Shown here one piece after another: positions 34,493 through 47,660 of a DNA stretch of 64,000 nucleotides. The DNA is taken from positions 23,808,001 through 23,872,000 of the forward strand of contig CATNEN010000038.1 in NCBI GenBank assembly GCA_950097015.1, read 5' to 3'. Below the pieces are notes generated by a model that saw nothing but the letters and a program-made list of their open reading frames with translations, ran no database searches and was not told the DNA's origin. The stretch is from Macrostomum hystrix (lineage: Eukaryota > Animalia > Platyhelminthes). The position numbers and the translations under genes were made by a program. Within the stretch, counting starts at the first letter, position 1. Each line of letters starts with the position of its first letter.

Positions 34493-35913
34493 AAACTAAA
34501 GTTTGGTAGATCGGGAAATTAGGACATTCTGATATGGTGATTAGTATTGTTGAAACTTCAATAATTATGAGCCTTAGTTCAACTTAATCAGTTCTAAATT
34601 AAAACTTCTCAAAAAAAATTTTTTATATGCTAATGTACTAGTGCCGTAACTTATTATTATAAAAGTGCAAGTGAGTTCGATTTTTAGGGATTTTGTAAAT
34701 GAAAAAAAATGGAGTTTTCTATAGAGGAACAAGAAAATCCACTTTCATTTTGGACTGGGGAGCGATCTTACGAATGCTAAAAGAACTGATGAAGAACACC
34801 CGATTTTTGCACTACAAAATCCGTAGCTTAATTTCGCGTGCAACTTTTAAACGTAGCTCATAGTAAATAAGGGCACTTAGTTAAACACAAGTTTCATGAA
34901 ATGTACAATGACATCAGTGTGGTAGCCTGAGGGGCAGTTCGTCAAAAAATTAGCATATATATTGTAACAAATGTCTGTAAGTACTTTCGTCTATAGATCG
35001 GGACATTCTTGTTGTTTAGACAAATAATTTGACTTTGACTTTGACAAGCTAGCTACTTCCGTGCGAGTAGCATTAGTTGACAAATATATATTGGTGCCTA
35101 AGGTTCAACGATCGTTATGTGTATGAGCGAATTAAAAAATATAATATGAGACAATAAAAGTAATCTAAGCTTAAAAACGCTTAAAAAGACAGTTTTAAAA
35201 TGAAATGAAATGTGTTAAAGAGATTAATTTTTTAATTTAAAAGCAGACAGAACACATTTTAAATTTTAAAATTGAATTCGCAAATTATTAGAAATAACAG
35301 CGAGACATGAAGCTGTGCGTATTAAAACATAAATATAAGGAAATCTACATAAAGTATATTGAGGATGTACTTTTGATAAAAAAAACTGCTGGAAACTAAC
35401 TAATTTGTATAAATGTTACTAAAAACAATATAGCAATCTCTATAAAAAACGAAACGTGCTGTATTTTAGAAAAAAAAAAAAACACATTAACACAACAAAA
35501 GTTTTTTAAAACGATTTTGAATCAACGAAGCTTCTTAGGAATAACAATTATTTACTAATAGCTACTTTATGCAACCAACCGGCCTTAATTGTCTTCGACC
35601 TAAAAATTCTTTCAAAACCCAATAAACCGTGCATCATGAATAATATTGTTTTATCAAGTACATGATCATACAAAAATATCATATATAAGTACGCAGGCAA
35701 GTGATTGTTATGAAGTAAAACAGAGCATTGGATTCATAAAATAGGAGGCATAAAAATATTGTGGTTCATTGTTGCCTAAATAGATAACGCCATGATTGTC
35801 AGCGATTCAACAAACCACGTCCGGATGTGCCAAGACTAGCCCTTGAAAAGCATCGGGGACAAACAATTTACAATTAAACAAATGGGAGACACTACAAAAG
35901 CAAGAAGTAACGA

Positions 35914-37245
35914 TCAGACGGAGCTTTTATCGATTAGCGGACTCTGGATCTCTGTTGAGTCCCTTGGCATACCGTTGGGCAGTAGGCTTGTACCGCTGCC
36001 AACACCAGGCTCCATGGTTGCCGATGTGGACGACGTTCGCTCGGCTAGTCGTCTGGCGCGGTCTGTGCGACTGTTGTTAAAGTAATAGTCTTCGCGCTGC
36101 TTCAGCTGCTCCTTGCGCTGTCCGGGGCCACCAGTCTTGTCAGGGCTGGAACCGAAGACAGACGGCAGACGGTCGAGACAGCAGGCGCAGCAGAAGCGTC
36201 GCCTGAACGCGCCAAAAAGCCGACTGAACAGTTGACGCGCGTACAACCTGTACTGCGCTCCAGTCAGCAGATAGATGACGAAATTCAACGAATAGTGTGA
36301 TATCGACACTTCGTCTACGATCTTCTTGATTAGGGTGGCGCGAAAATAAGTCTGCCATTTTGGGTCCTCATCAACTTCGGGGTCGGACAGCTCAGTGCGG
36401 CCGTACTCCTGATTCTGCAGGGCGTACAGCAGGCCTGCTGGCAGCGAGGTGACAATGACGAAGAAGGACACACAGAGCAGCATCACCGTGGTCGATCGAA
36501 ACTTTCTCTCGCCGCTGCCGGCAGCGTCGCCGGCATCTCCGGTTGGCATCAGGTGCTTGTTACCGACGGTGATTCTATGCAGCTCGATGGCTACCAGAAG
36601 ATTGAAAATCAGAGCCGTAATCGGCACAATGCCGCTGAACAGAGCCTCGGTGACAGCCGTGTAGCTTTTCCAAGCCGGCGACTGCGTGTCGATGTGGCAA
36701 ACTCCGTCGTTGTAGTCGTAGCGCCTGAAATTCAGCTGGACAAGATTCCAGATCAGGACGAAACTGATCATGGTGCCCGTCACAATGCAAGCGCGCTTCG
36801 AAGTGCACAATGAGTCGCGCTTAAACGGAAACCAAATTGCAATCCAGCGTTCGATTGTGAAGCAGAGCACTAGCACAGGTGACAGGTACTGAGCAGTTAG
36901 CAAAGGAACGTGAAACAGACCACAGTCTAGAAAAGACTGCCTTTCAATACCGGCCCAGGCCTCTGTAATCTCCTGATAGGGATGCAGCAACAGGAAGACC
37001 AGATCCCAGATAGACAGAGCAGCCAGGTAAACAGCTGATGAGTTGTTCCGACGCACTCTAGGATGCATCCAAACGTAAGCGCTGAGTAGATTTCCGAACA
37101 GGCCAAGTAAATACCACATTGGGGTGATGCTGCGATCCACCACCAGTATGGACGGAGCGAACCGCTTGTACAGAAGCACTAGAGTTGAATACCGCTTGTC
37201 CAGAGTGTCCGTCTCGTTAATCCCCAGACTAGTGTTGTTGTTCAT
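35914..37245 (-). CDS. Class A (rhodopsin-like) neuropeptide GPCR, FMRFamide/sex-peptide-receptor-like, 443 aa
   Basis: Seven hydrophobic segments; TM1 GLFGN, TM2 LAALSIWDL, TM3 FTIERWIAIWFP, TM6 SLP, TM7 LNFVIY; N-terminal N-glycosylation sites; ATG at 37245 follows a splice acceptor (TTCCTACAG|G, exon starts 37281). Confidence 0.92.
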   Translation of the reverse strand: MNNNTSLGINETDTLDKRYSTLVLLYKRFAPSILVVDRSITPMWYLLGLFGNLLSAYVWMHPRVRRNNSSAVYLAALSIWDLVFLLLHPYQEITEAWAGIERQSFLDCGLFHVPLLTAQYLSPVLVLCFTIERWIAIWFPFKRDSLCTSKRACIVTGTMISFVLIWNLVQLNFRRYDYNDGVCHIDTQSPAWKSYTAVTEALFSGIVPITALIFNLLVAIELHRITVGNKHLMPTGDAGDAAGSGERKFRSTTVMLLCVSFFVIVTSLPAGLLYALQNQEYGRTELSDPEVDEDPKWQTYFRATLIKKIVDEVSISHYSLNFVIYLLTGAQYRLYARQLFSRLFGAFRRRFCCACCLDRLPSVFGSSPDKTGGPGQRKEQLKQREDYYFNNSRTDRARRLAERTSSTSATMEPGVGSGTSLLPNGMPRDSTEIQSPLIDKSSV

Positions 37246-39118
37246 TTTGTTAATTTTTTCAACTTCCGTCGAGTGATAATCCTGTAGGAAGATCAAAGCT
37301 TTGTTAGACTATTTTAGACTGATTCAGAACTGTGTACGTATGGGCTGTTTTGATAAGCGTTTTTGTGTGCACAAACGATGTAGTCATTTTATTTCCAGTA
37401 AGCAGCATGAAAGAGTTGAACTCTTCGCCATATTGTAGCTATTCAACTGAAGAATGCTGAGAGACAGTATAGCTTTTATTCTGTAAGCAAACACCGCTTA
37501 CGGAGCCTATTTCCAAAGTGTTCCGAATCTATCCCAAACAAGTAAGAACTCCCGACAGCAAAGCACCCATGTGCCACAAGTGGAATGAAAGTGATCATAG
37601 AGTAAACATTTGAAGATTGCGTTTTGGAGGTCGTTTCTGTGCCTCCGATGAAAACAAACCAGAAACAGATGCAATCGTACAGAAATGTTCAAATGCAGCC
37701 AGGGTCGCGCTGCTTATAAGCTCATGATAACGTTTGGTGACAGTCAAACTGCAACAAGCACGGAGAGGCAAACGAGTATCTATCCATTCGCAGTTGAAAA
37801 ACAACGTGGGGTATTTAAAATTGAAAGTCAGTTCATCGTAAATGTAAAATAATTCGATCCTATTGGTGTACTTTCACGAAAATCGTTCATTCGATTTGGG
37901 AGCTATCGTGATGTAGGCAGTGGGTGTTCAAAATATCCCTTGGTCTTTCCCTAGGGGAAAGATAGCGTGGTGTTTCTATAGTTACGCTGACTTCTGAGCA
38001 TCCACAAGCAGTGTGTACACTTCATTGTTTTGGCTCTAGCTTGTTTTTGGCACAGATTCGCACTAAATAAGCGAGACCTCGCTACCGCTTCATCACTTGA
38101 ATTCGTTATGCTTTGATTGATAGCTTTGATTGATTTCAGATATCAAATGAATAGTTTGCTATATTAGACGAACTTAATGATTACGCTTTCAATAAAACAA
38201 ATTAAACAATAATTAAAGTGTCGTATAGTTAGACAAGGCACTGTAAAATTTAGTCTACCGAATATTTTGTACTGTTGAATGCATAATAGGTCGGTCACTG
38301 GTACATTCAAAACCCATGAGGTGGTGCAACCGTAGTAAACAACGATCGCGTCGAAATCACGCTAATCAAGAGCGAACAAACCCGCGGTTTTAGGAGTCGT
38401 GCAATAGTCAGGTGTCGGCTGTTTTCGCTGCAGAGCAAAATAGCTTCAGTTAGTTAGCTGTCGTTCGGTTCTCTATCGCTGCCAACACACGAACACCGCA
38501 CGCACAAGCGAACACACAACCCCAGTTTTTTAGTGTTTTGAATCTTCCTTCCGTACCTTCTATACTGGCCCCTCTAACTCCAACCTAGCTGATTCTGCCA
38601 AACCCCCCTTACGCGTGCTACCGTGACTTCTCTCCCGTAATACCACGTGCTATCCCCACACATTCTGCAGCTACAAGGCCAACCCCACCGCCGTGATTTC
38701 CCAATTTTAGCGGCTTTGGGTCATAAAGTTCTGTAGGTAGTGCACATATCCGTAGCTGATATTGAACCAGTTCAAGCTAGGAATGATATGGGCCCTAGAA
38801 ATCGGGAATCATTGATCATCGACGTGGCATTGGAAGCTTTAAAGAGAAATTAGCCACATCATGTTGCACCACTATAGAATTCGGCATTATGTCTAACTTA
38901 CGCCTTCTAACACTATCCGTTAGCTATCTGCCTCCAAAATCTACACTGTGTTTTTTGTTATTTCTCCTTGAATTGCGGGCTTCGTGTTAAACAAACAGTA
39001 CAAATTAATTTGTTTTGTTATTTGGACAAAAACTGCTGCAAAAGTGGTTTAAATCAGCCTTCACTTACCGGTCAGTTACCGGGTTGAAACCTACTTCTAA
39101 TAAAAAATATATTATAAT

Positions 39119-39250
39119 TGTCTGTAATTCTCTATGTGACTTGTCACATCTGTAGTCTATGGAGTTGTCATGTCTAGCTATAGTCTATGGGACTTACCAC
39201 ATCTGTAGTCTATGGAGTTGTCATGTCTAGCTATAGTCTATGGGACTATG
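39119..39250. repeat. Two to three copies of the 54-bp unit also arrayed at 47078
   Basis: ACATCTGTAGTCTATGGAGTTGTCATGTCTAGCTATAGTCTATGGGAC. Confidence 0.85.
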
Positions 39251-39269
39251 GGTCAAATGGGTCAAATCT

Positions 39270-39452
39270 GCAGCTATTGCTATTCAGTCCATGGACTGGG
39301 GGGACACCACACCCACCCTTAATTACCCCCCAGCTAATGCTGGTACCCATTTAACAGCTGGGCGAACTGAAGCAACGTAGAGTTAAGTGTCTTTGCTAAA
39401 GGACACAAATTTGTTACATAGGAATCGGAAATCGAACCTCCGACCCTGAAGG
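39270..39452 (-). mobile_element. SINE-B: box B, CORE domain and start of tail
   Basis: Minus strand reads GGTTCGATTTCC...TGTGTCCTTTAGCAAAGACACTTAACTCTACGTTGCTTCAGTTCGCCCAGCTGTTAAATGGGTACC, resembling the MIR-type CORE domain. Confidence 0.78.
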
Positions 39453-40009
39453 TTTTGAAGGATTGTCTTTGAATGTGTTAGACGTAGCAGAACTATTCTT
39501 AAGGTTCTTTTTAGCGAAGAAACAAAAAATTGAACACGATGGGTTGCTGCCTATATTATACGTTTGCATGCTGCAAAGAAATATTGTACCTACCATCAGA
39601 ACTCAACTTCTACAAAGTGAAATCGAAACCAGAATTTAGATAAAACATTAATATTCCCATTGAAAAATTTTCCTTAATATCTGCATTGTGATCGCTATAT
39701 GCAAGAATATAAAATTGGAAATATGATATTTCAGAGCCAAAAAAACACACGATTAAACTCACAAGCATATATCGGTCCTTGTTGGCGCGATTTCAAAATT
39801 AATAAATTCAAAATAATACGCTTTCGTATTTTCCCACCCTGGGGATAACTTGAAATTTGATGCTTTTGTTAAGAAAAAAAACTTTTTTTTCGTCAAACTA
39901 GTCAAACTAGTTGGTTAAGCTGAGCAAACTATCATTGATCAAGAGAAGCAGAGAATGTTGGAAATTTAAAACCTACAACTAAATCATCATCTTCTATGAG
40001 ATGGTGAGT

Positions 40010-40245
40010 GCTCTCGTTCATTTGTGCCAAAACCGCGGAGAAAAGGCTTTGTTTGGGGCTTGTCGTGCAATTCACCCCCTTCAATGGCTAGATACCAAGG
40101 CACTTTGAGAGTGTACACCTTGTCTAATGATGAGAGAAAGTTGGGACAGATCATGTACACACCTCTGTGAAAGTTTGCTTATTGGGTTAACGGAATGGAC
40201 AGAAATGCCTGCTCGCTGACTGCGGGTCTACTGTCCTTAACAATG
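40010..40245 (+). mobile_element. Degenerate SINE-A copy
   Basis: CCGCGGAGAAAAGGCTT...GGGGCTTGTCGTGCAATT...CTGCGGGTCTA. Confidence 0.7.
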
Positions 40246-40289
40246 TGTCAGTCAACACAGCCCCTATGCAAGTGTCTTATTTATGATAA

Positions 40290-40475
40290 TCATTATAGAT
40301 TATACCTGCCCCAATTGGGTCAGATGTGCAGCCGACAGCACAGCCGCAGCTATTGCGCGGCGCATCTGAAGGCTGCGTACGGCTGTTCAGTCCATGGACT
40401 CGGGGGACGCCACACCCACCCTCAATTACCCCAGCTGATGCTGGTACCAATTTAACGGCAAGGTGAAATGAAGCA
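40290..40475 (-). mobile_element. SINE-B partial CORE plus tail
   Basis: Overlaps both the 39270 copy and the 18385 tail in sequence. Confidence 0.78.
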
Positions 40476-40490
40476 ATAAAAAATATTTTT

Positions 40491-40848
40491 AATTATAATT
40501 GCTGGAGGGCTGTGGGCAATCGCAGACCATTTGGTGACACTAGACCCGCAGCCGGCGAGGAGGCATGTCTGCCCATTTCGCTGACTCCTGAGAATACACG
40601 CACACAGATACCGTACGCAGGCATACACTCACACAGGTGTGTACATCTGCCCTGACTTTCTCATCGTCAGGCAGTGTACACTTTCACTGTTCCTTGGAGG
40701 TTGGCCCTCAAGGGTGTAAATTGCACGACAAGCCCCCAAGCCTTCTCTCCGCGGCTGCATCCCAAATGAATGTGGCCTCGCCGCGGAAACGAACTCAGGA
40801 ACCTTGGTGTGAGAGCCGAACGCGTTAGACCGCTCTGCCACTCACCCC
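40491..40848 (-). mobile_element. tRNA-derived SINE-A, full length
   Basis: Head GGGGTGAGTGGCAGAGCGGTCTAACGCG (box A) ... GAGTTCGTTTCC (box B-like), complete body and tail. Confidence 0.87.
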
Positions 40849-41814
40849 GTTAAAGTTTAACTGAAGCAATGCAGAAAGCATTTTGTTAAAGGGCACAATT
40901 TTTTCGCCAAGAATCGAAACCGCGACGTTTAGGTCGTGAGTTGAACCTGAGAATATTGAAGTTCTGCAGTTTTTCAAATCTTGAAATCTTCCGTTGGCTT
41001 TTACATAGCTATAGCTCCAAGGCACTTCAGTGGTCAGAAATTGAAAGTTCAAACTTAACTGCGTGCAATGAATGAGAGGTTGGACCGTCGCACTGTTTGC
41101 CAACTCATTTTTTGAGTACTACTCAAGAGAGAGGGAGCACCATTTTTCTATTAACACACTAGCAGCTACTACTAGTGCACAATATTTGAATACTATACCC
41201 GAGTTGGTCGACTGCGGTCAGTGCATATAACCAGAGGGCGGCTATACTCCCAATAGTCCACTTTCTCTCACTGTCAAAATTATCGGCGCATACTTCAAAC
41301 TGAAGCGCGTTGAAATTTTCCTCAACAAATTCTTTCTCATTCTTCTATAAGAATTTCACAATTTAATGAAAAAAAAGTATTTTACTTAAGGCGACTAAAA
41401 CAGCCGTGAAGAATTTCAATGAAAAAATTACTTAGGACAGTTGACAATGATACTTCACATTATTGATTTTTATCCAGACCAAAGTATTTTTAACCAGGGG
41501 CTTGCAGTTAATAAATTTATCATCGGGAGCTATTTTCTGACACAGTCTGACTCGCAGTTCCACCTAGATAGACCTGACTTTGATTGACAATCCCTCGAGT
41601 TATTGTCGCTAAAATGTAATTAAATACTAAATCTCCATTGTTCCCATTTGAATGACTAAAAGTACTTGCTTAGCAGGCTTGGACCAGGGTTCGACAACCT
41701 CGAGGACCAAGATGCGGCCCTGCATGCTCTCAAATCCGGACCACTTGTCCCGTCCGTCACCTTCTCTCTAATTTCTCGTCGCTTAATTTTCTGATTTCTC
41801 CTCTGTATCATCTC

Positions 41815-42180
41815 TCCACTTCTCATCTCTCCCCTGTCTCTTCTCTACCCTGTCTCATCTCTCCCCTGTCTCATCTCTCCCTGTCAAATCTCTCCCCTGT
41901 CTCATCTCTCCCTTGTCTCATCTCTCCCCTCTCTCATCTCACAGCATGTATTATCTCTTGATTGTCTCATACCCCCGTGTCTTATCTCTCCCCTGTCTCA
42001 TACCCCCGTGTCTTTTCTCTCCCCTGTCTCTTCTCTACCCTGTCTCATCTCTCCCGTGTCTCATCTCTCCCGTGTCTCATCTCTCCCGTGTCTCATCTCT
42101 CCCGTGTCTCATCTCTCCCGTATCTCATTTCTCCCATATCTCATCTCTTCCTTTTCCTCATCTCTCTGCTTCATCTCTCT
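41815..42180 (+). repeat. Minisatellite, 16-bp unit GTGTCTCATCTCTCCC (degenerate array)
   Basis: Same family as the arrays at 43147 (inverted) and 52776. Confidence 0.88.
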
Positions 42181-43146
42181 CAGTCCCATTGGCCCCTGTT
42201 TAACAGATTCGAAATTCATTTATAAGAAGCAGATTATAGTCATACAAAATAGTATCCAAAGTGGTCTACAGCTTTTCAATGAGTTTCTGGATAATAAATG
42301 ATGCAGCATAGTGACCGAATACTTTTCTTGTTTTCCCAAACATTTATTGAGCAAATATTTGTTTTTGAATTTTAATTGGAAGATTCAGTTTGCATAGGAA
42401 AGTTTGCATAAAAAGACAATCTTGTGGCAACTTGGCTTCAATATATCATCCCAGCTGTACTAAATCTTAACTAGCCGAATCATAAACTTTCTCTTTTTCT
42501 TGTCAGTTTGTTTTGTATTGCAGGGTGCCTGAATTTCGTGGCTCAATCATTCGAATGAAAATGAAAGAAAACAAACAGAGAAACATTACTCACAGCAATA
42601 CGGAGACTGTGCACTTCAAAATAATATTCAGAATCCTCACATAGTTTTAGTTGGTATTCGCGCTGGTGCGGGATAAATATCCCACGGGATAAGATATCAA
42701 GAGTAAGAATTTGTATCTCAACCAGCATAGTCTGTATTATTGACAAGTTTTCAGATATAAACACTGGAGGCCTTCAGCTAGATAAGAATGTCTGGGGAAG
42801 ATTCTGCCCCCCCCCAATCGGGGTTTGTAAACGGGTTGGGATAAACCAATAAGATGATCACGCATGATCCCTGCTAGTTGGGGGGGCCAAAGTTTCTGCA
42901 TAGCTAATTCCCAGCAGAGTCTTCAGGGACCGCCTCCTTACCCTCTAGAGTCAAGAGGGGTGACCCCGCCAATGCGGTCTGTGCTAGCTAGCGTGTGGGC
43001 CTATGGATATTACTATTCTAAATGTATGCATGAACGAACTAGATTTAGCTATAGCTACTCGCAGCTTTGAGCAGCTGGACTCAAAACTGTCAAGAACTGG
43101 CAACGGTGACAATAGATATACAGCTAGAAGGCAAAAAACTGTAATT

Positions 43147-44700
43147 AGACACGGGAGAGATGAGACACGGGAGAGATGAGACACGGGAGAGATGAGACAC
43201 GGGAGAGATGAGACACGGGAGAGATGAGACACGGGAGAAATGAGACACTGGAGAGATGAGACACGGGAGAGGTGAGACACGGGAGAGGTGAGACACGGGA
43301 GAGGTGAGACACGGGGAGAGATGAGACACGGGAGAGGTGAGACACAGGAGAGATGAGACACGGGAGAGATGAGACACGGGAGAGATGAGACAGGGGAGAG
43401 ATGAGACACGGGAGAGATGAGACACGGGAGATTCAGACACGGGAGAGATGAGACACGGGAGATTCAGACACGGGAGAGATGAGACACGGGAGAGATGAGA
43501 CACGGGAGATTCAGACACGGGAGAGATGAGACACGGGAGATTCAGACACGGGAGAGATGAGACACGGGAGATTCAGACACGGGAGAGATGAGACACGGGA
43601 GATTCAGACACGGGAGAGATGAGACACGGGAGAGATGAGACACGGGAGAGATGAGACACGGGAGAGATGAGACACGGGAGAAATGAGACACTGGAGAGAT
43701 GAGACACGGGAGAGGTGAGACACGGGAGAGGTGAGACACGGGAGAGGTGAGACACGGGGAGAGATGAGACACGGGAGAGGTGAGACACAGGAGAGATGAG
43801 ACACGGGAGAGATGAGACACGGGTGAGATGAGACAGGGGAGAGATGAGACACGGGAGAGATGAGACACGGGAGATTCAGACACGGGAGAGATGAGACACG
43901 GGAGATTCAGACACGGGAGAGATGAGACACGGGAGAGATGAGACACGGGAGATTCAGACACGGGAGAGATGAGACACGGGAGATTCAGACACGGGAGAGA
44001 TGAGACACGGGAGAGATGAGACACGGGAGATTCAGACACGGGAGAGATGAGACACGGGAGATTCAGACACGGGAGAGATGAGACACGGGAGATTCAGACA
44101 CGGGAGAGATGAGACACGGGAGATTCAGACACGGGAGAGATGAGACACGGGAGAGATGAGACACGGGAGAGATGAGACACGGGAGAGATGAGACACGGGA
44201 GAAATGAGACACTGGAGAGATGAGACACGGGAGAGGTGAGACACGGGAGAGGTGAGACACGGGAGAGGTGAGACACGGGGAGAGATGAGACACGGGAGAG
44301 GTGAGACACAGGAGAGATGAGACACGGGAGAGATGAGACACGGGTGAGATGAGACAGGGGAGAGATGAGACACGGGAGAGATGAGACACGGGAGATTCAG
44401 ACACGGGAGAGATGAGACACGGGAGATTCAGACACGGGAGAGATGAGACACGGGAGAGATGAGACACGGGAGATTCAGACACGGGAGAGATGAGACACGG
44501 GAGATTCAGACACGGGAGAGATGAGACACGGGAGATTCAGACACGGGAGAGATGAGACACGGGAGATTCAGACACGGGAGAGATGAGACACGGGAGATTC
44601 AGACACGGGAGAGATGAGACACGGGAGAGATGAGACACGGGAGAGATGAGACACGGGAGAGATGAGACACGGGAGAGGTGAGACACGGGAGAGATAAGAC
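43147..44700 (-). repeat. Minisatellite, 16-bp unit GGGAGAGATGAGACAC with higher-order repeats
   Basis: About 97 units; diagnostic variant blocks recur at 443- and 521-bp spacing. Confidence 0.96.
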
Positions 44701-45197
44701 ATGAGAGGGATAAGATTAGCATACAGAGAAGAGTTGAGACAGCGGTTAGATACGGAGCTAGAGACCTAATACAAGAGCCTTGTAGGCGCTATCGGGTTTC
44801 GAAGATTTTTCTTTGACCCCTCGTCTATTAGAGGAGGGATTTGCCGATGGCACCGATAAACTCGCTGACTGTGGCGGCCATGTAAACTCAAGCTACTACA
44901 ATTGCACGCTAGCAATCATTAAATATAATCTTTGTGTGACCATTTAAAATTCTATGTTTATCCCGGAGACTAAAAATTTCCTGATATCTTTTCCGTTAGA
45001 AAATGAGAATAGAAGAATTTCTTTGGTTGTGAGAATTTTTCACAACCAGACTCAAACAGACATCATTGAAAATCAAGAATTCGAGTAGCTGTCAGAAAAC
45101 TGATACTGTTGTTGCATAGCTAAAAAACATTTAATACTGATGCTTCTATTTAGATCATCACGACATTGATTGCATCAAAATGAAACAAATTTCTTAT

Positions 45198-46400
45198 AGT
45201 CTACCTCTGTCTCCCAAAGACTACCTCTGTCTCCCAAAGACTACCTCTGTCTCCCATAGACAACCTCTGTCTCCCATAGACTACCTCTGTCTCCCATAGA
45301 CTACCTCTGTCTCCCATAGACTACCCTGTCTCTTACCATAGACCTCTGTCACCCATAGACTACCTCTGTCTCTTACCATAGACTACCTCTGTCTCCCAAA
45401 GACTACCTCTGTCTCCCATAGACTAGCTCTGTCTCCCATAGACTACCTGTCTCTTACCATAGACCTCTGTCTCCCATAGACTACCTCTGTCTCCCATAGA
45501 CTACCCTGTCTCTTACCATAGACCTCTGTCTCCCATAGACTACCTCTGTCTCTTACCATAGACTACCTCTGTCTCCCAAAGACTACCTCTGTCTCCCATA
45601 GACTAGCTCTGTCTCCCATAGACTACCCCTGTCTCTTACCATAGACTACCTCTGTCTCCCAAAGACTACCTCTGTCTCCCATAGACTAGCTCTGTCTCCC
45701 ATAGACTACCTCTGTCTCTTACCATAGACTACCTCTGTCTCCCATAGACTACCCCTGTCTCTTACCATAGACTAACTCTGTCTCCCATAGACTACCCCTG
45801 TCTCTTACCATAGACTACCTCTGTCTCCCATAGACTACCTCTGTCTCTTACCATAGACTATCTCTGTCTCCCATAGACTACCTCTGTCTCCCATAGACTA
45901 CCCTGTCTCTTACCATAGACCTCTGTCTCCCATAGACTACCTCTGTCTCTTACCATAGACTACCTCTGTCTCCCATAGACTACCTCTGTCTCTTACCATA
46001 GACTACCTCTGTCTCCCATAGACTACCTCTGTCTCCCATAGACTACCCCTGTCTCTTACCATAGACTACCTCTGTCTCCCATAGACTAGCTCTGTCTCCC
46101 ATAGACTACCTCTGTCTCCCATAGACTACATCTGTCTCTTACGATATACTACCTCTGTCTCCCATAGACTACCTCTGTCTCCCATAGACTAGCTCTGTCT
46201 CCCATAGACTACCTCTGTCTCCCATAGACTACCTCTGTCTCCCATAGACTACCTCTGTCTCCCATAGACTACCTCTGTCTCCCATAGACTACCTCTGTCT
46301 CCCATAGACTACCTCTGTCTCCCATAGACTACCTCTGTCTCCCATAGACTACCTCTGTCTCCCATAGACTACCTCTGTCTACCATAGATTACCTGTCTCG
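45198..46400. repeat. Minisatellite, 20-bp unit CTACCTCTGTCTCCCATAGA (with slightly longer TCTCTTACC variants)
   Basis: About 57 copies, homogeneous at the right end. Confidence 0.95.
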
Positions 46401-47077
46401 CCTAGTCTACTTTTCTACTAATTCTTAAACCAAAAGTCGACTCCTAAAATACTAAGTTCTGTGAAGACTTTCATAATATTTTTAGACATTCTAGAATATT
46501 TTTTGCTATTTTGGCTTAAGCCAACCAATGTTTTAAAGTTCCTTTTAACTATTCATTGATGTTTTTGCTATCTACGTCGCAACTTTTAAGTGTCCATCGA
46601 CAAAATTTGTACCTACCACAAAGACCAGTCAATTGAGAATTTCTTAAAACATTGTTATAACAGACTAGCTACATGTATATTGTATCTAGCTAAATAATTT
46701 AGTTTACAATAGCTAGCTAGTTAGCTATTAGAAATATCGTGAACGGAATGTAAGCCTAGCTCTTGTTGACTGTGAGAATTTCTAGGCCGTTCATGACACA
46801 GATCATGAGAGTCGACTAACTATAACTATTTAATGATACGCTTATATTATAGAGAGTTTTATGTATAAATTAACCGGGTCGTGTTGTTGCATTAATTTAC
46901 TTTCCTATTAAAAAGCGAATGATACAAGATAAAATCATTAGAGTTAACTAGCTAGAGGATGTACCGCGATTGCTCAATGCAATTAAATCTTTTTTAATGG
47001 AGCCTTGATATTGAGATTTAACCCATGCAGCAATGTCTAGCTGTAGTCTTAGGGATTTGAGTTTGCCATATCCAGCA

Positions 47078-47650
47078 ATAGTCTATGGGACTTGTCACAT
47101 CTGTAGTCTATAGAGTTTATCATATCTAGCTATAGTCTATGGGAGTTGTCACATCTGTAGTCTATAGAGTTTATCATATCTAGCTATAGTCTATGGGAGT
47201 TGTCACATCTGTAGTCTATAGAGTTTATCATATCTAGCTATAGTCTATGGGACTTGTCACATCTGTAGTCTATAGAGTTTATCATATCTAGCTATAGTCT
47301 ATGGGACTTGTCACATCTGTAGTCTATAGAGTTTATCATATCTAGCTATAGTCTATGGGAGTTGTCACATCTTTAGTCTATAGAGTTTATCATATCTAGC
47401 TATAGTCTATGGGACTTGTCACATCTGTAGTCTATAGAGTTTATCATATCTAGCTATAGTCTAAGGGAGTTGTCACATCTTTAGTCTATAGAGTTTATCA
47501 TATCTAGCTATAGTCTATGGGACTTGTCACATCTGTAGTCTATAGAGTTTATCATATCTAGCTATAGTCTATGGGAGTTGTCACATCTGTAGTCTATAGA
47601 GTTTATCATATCTAGCTATAGTCTATGGGACTTGTCACATCTGTAGTCTA
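47078..47650. repeat. Minisatellite, 54-bp unit ATCTGTAGTCTATAGAGTTTATCATATCTAGCTATAGTCTATGGGACTTGTCAC
   Basis: About 10.5 copies. Confidence 0.96.
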
Positions 47651-47660
47651 AAGCGTTGAT

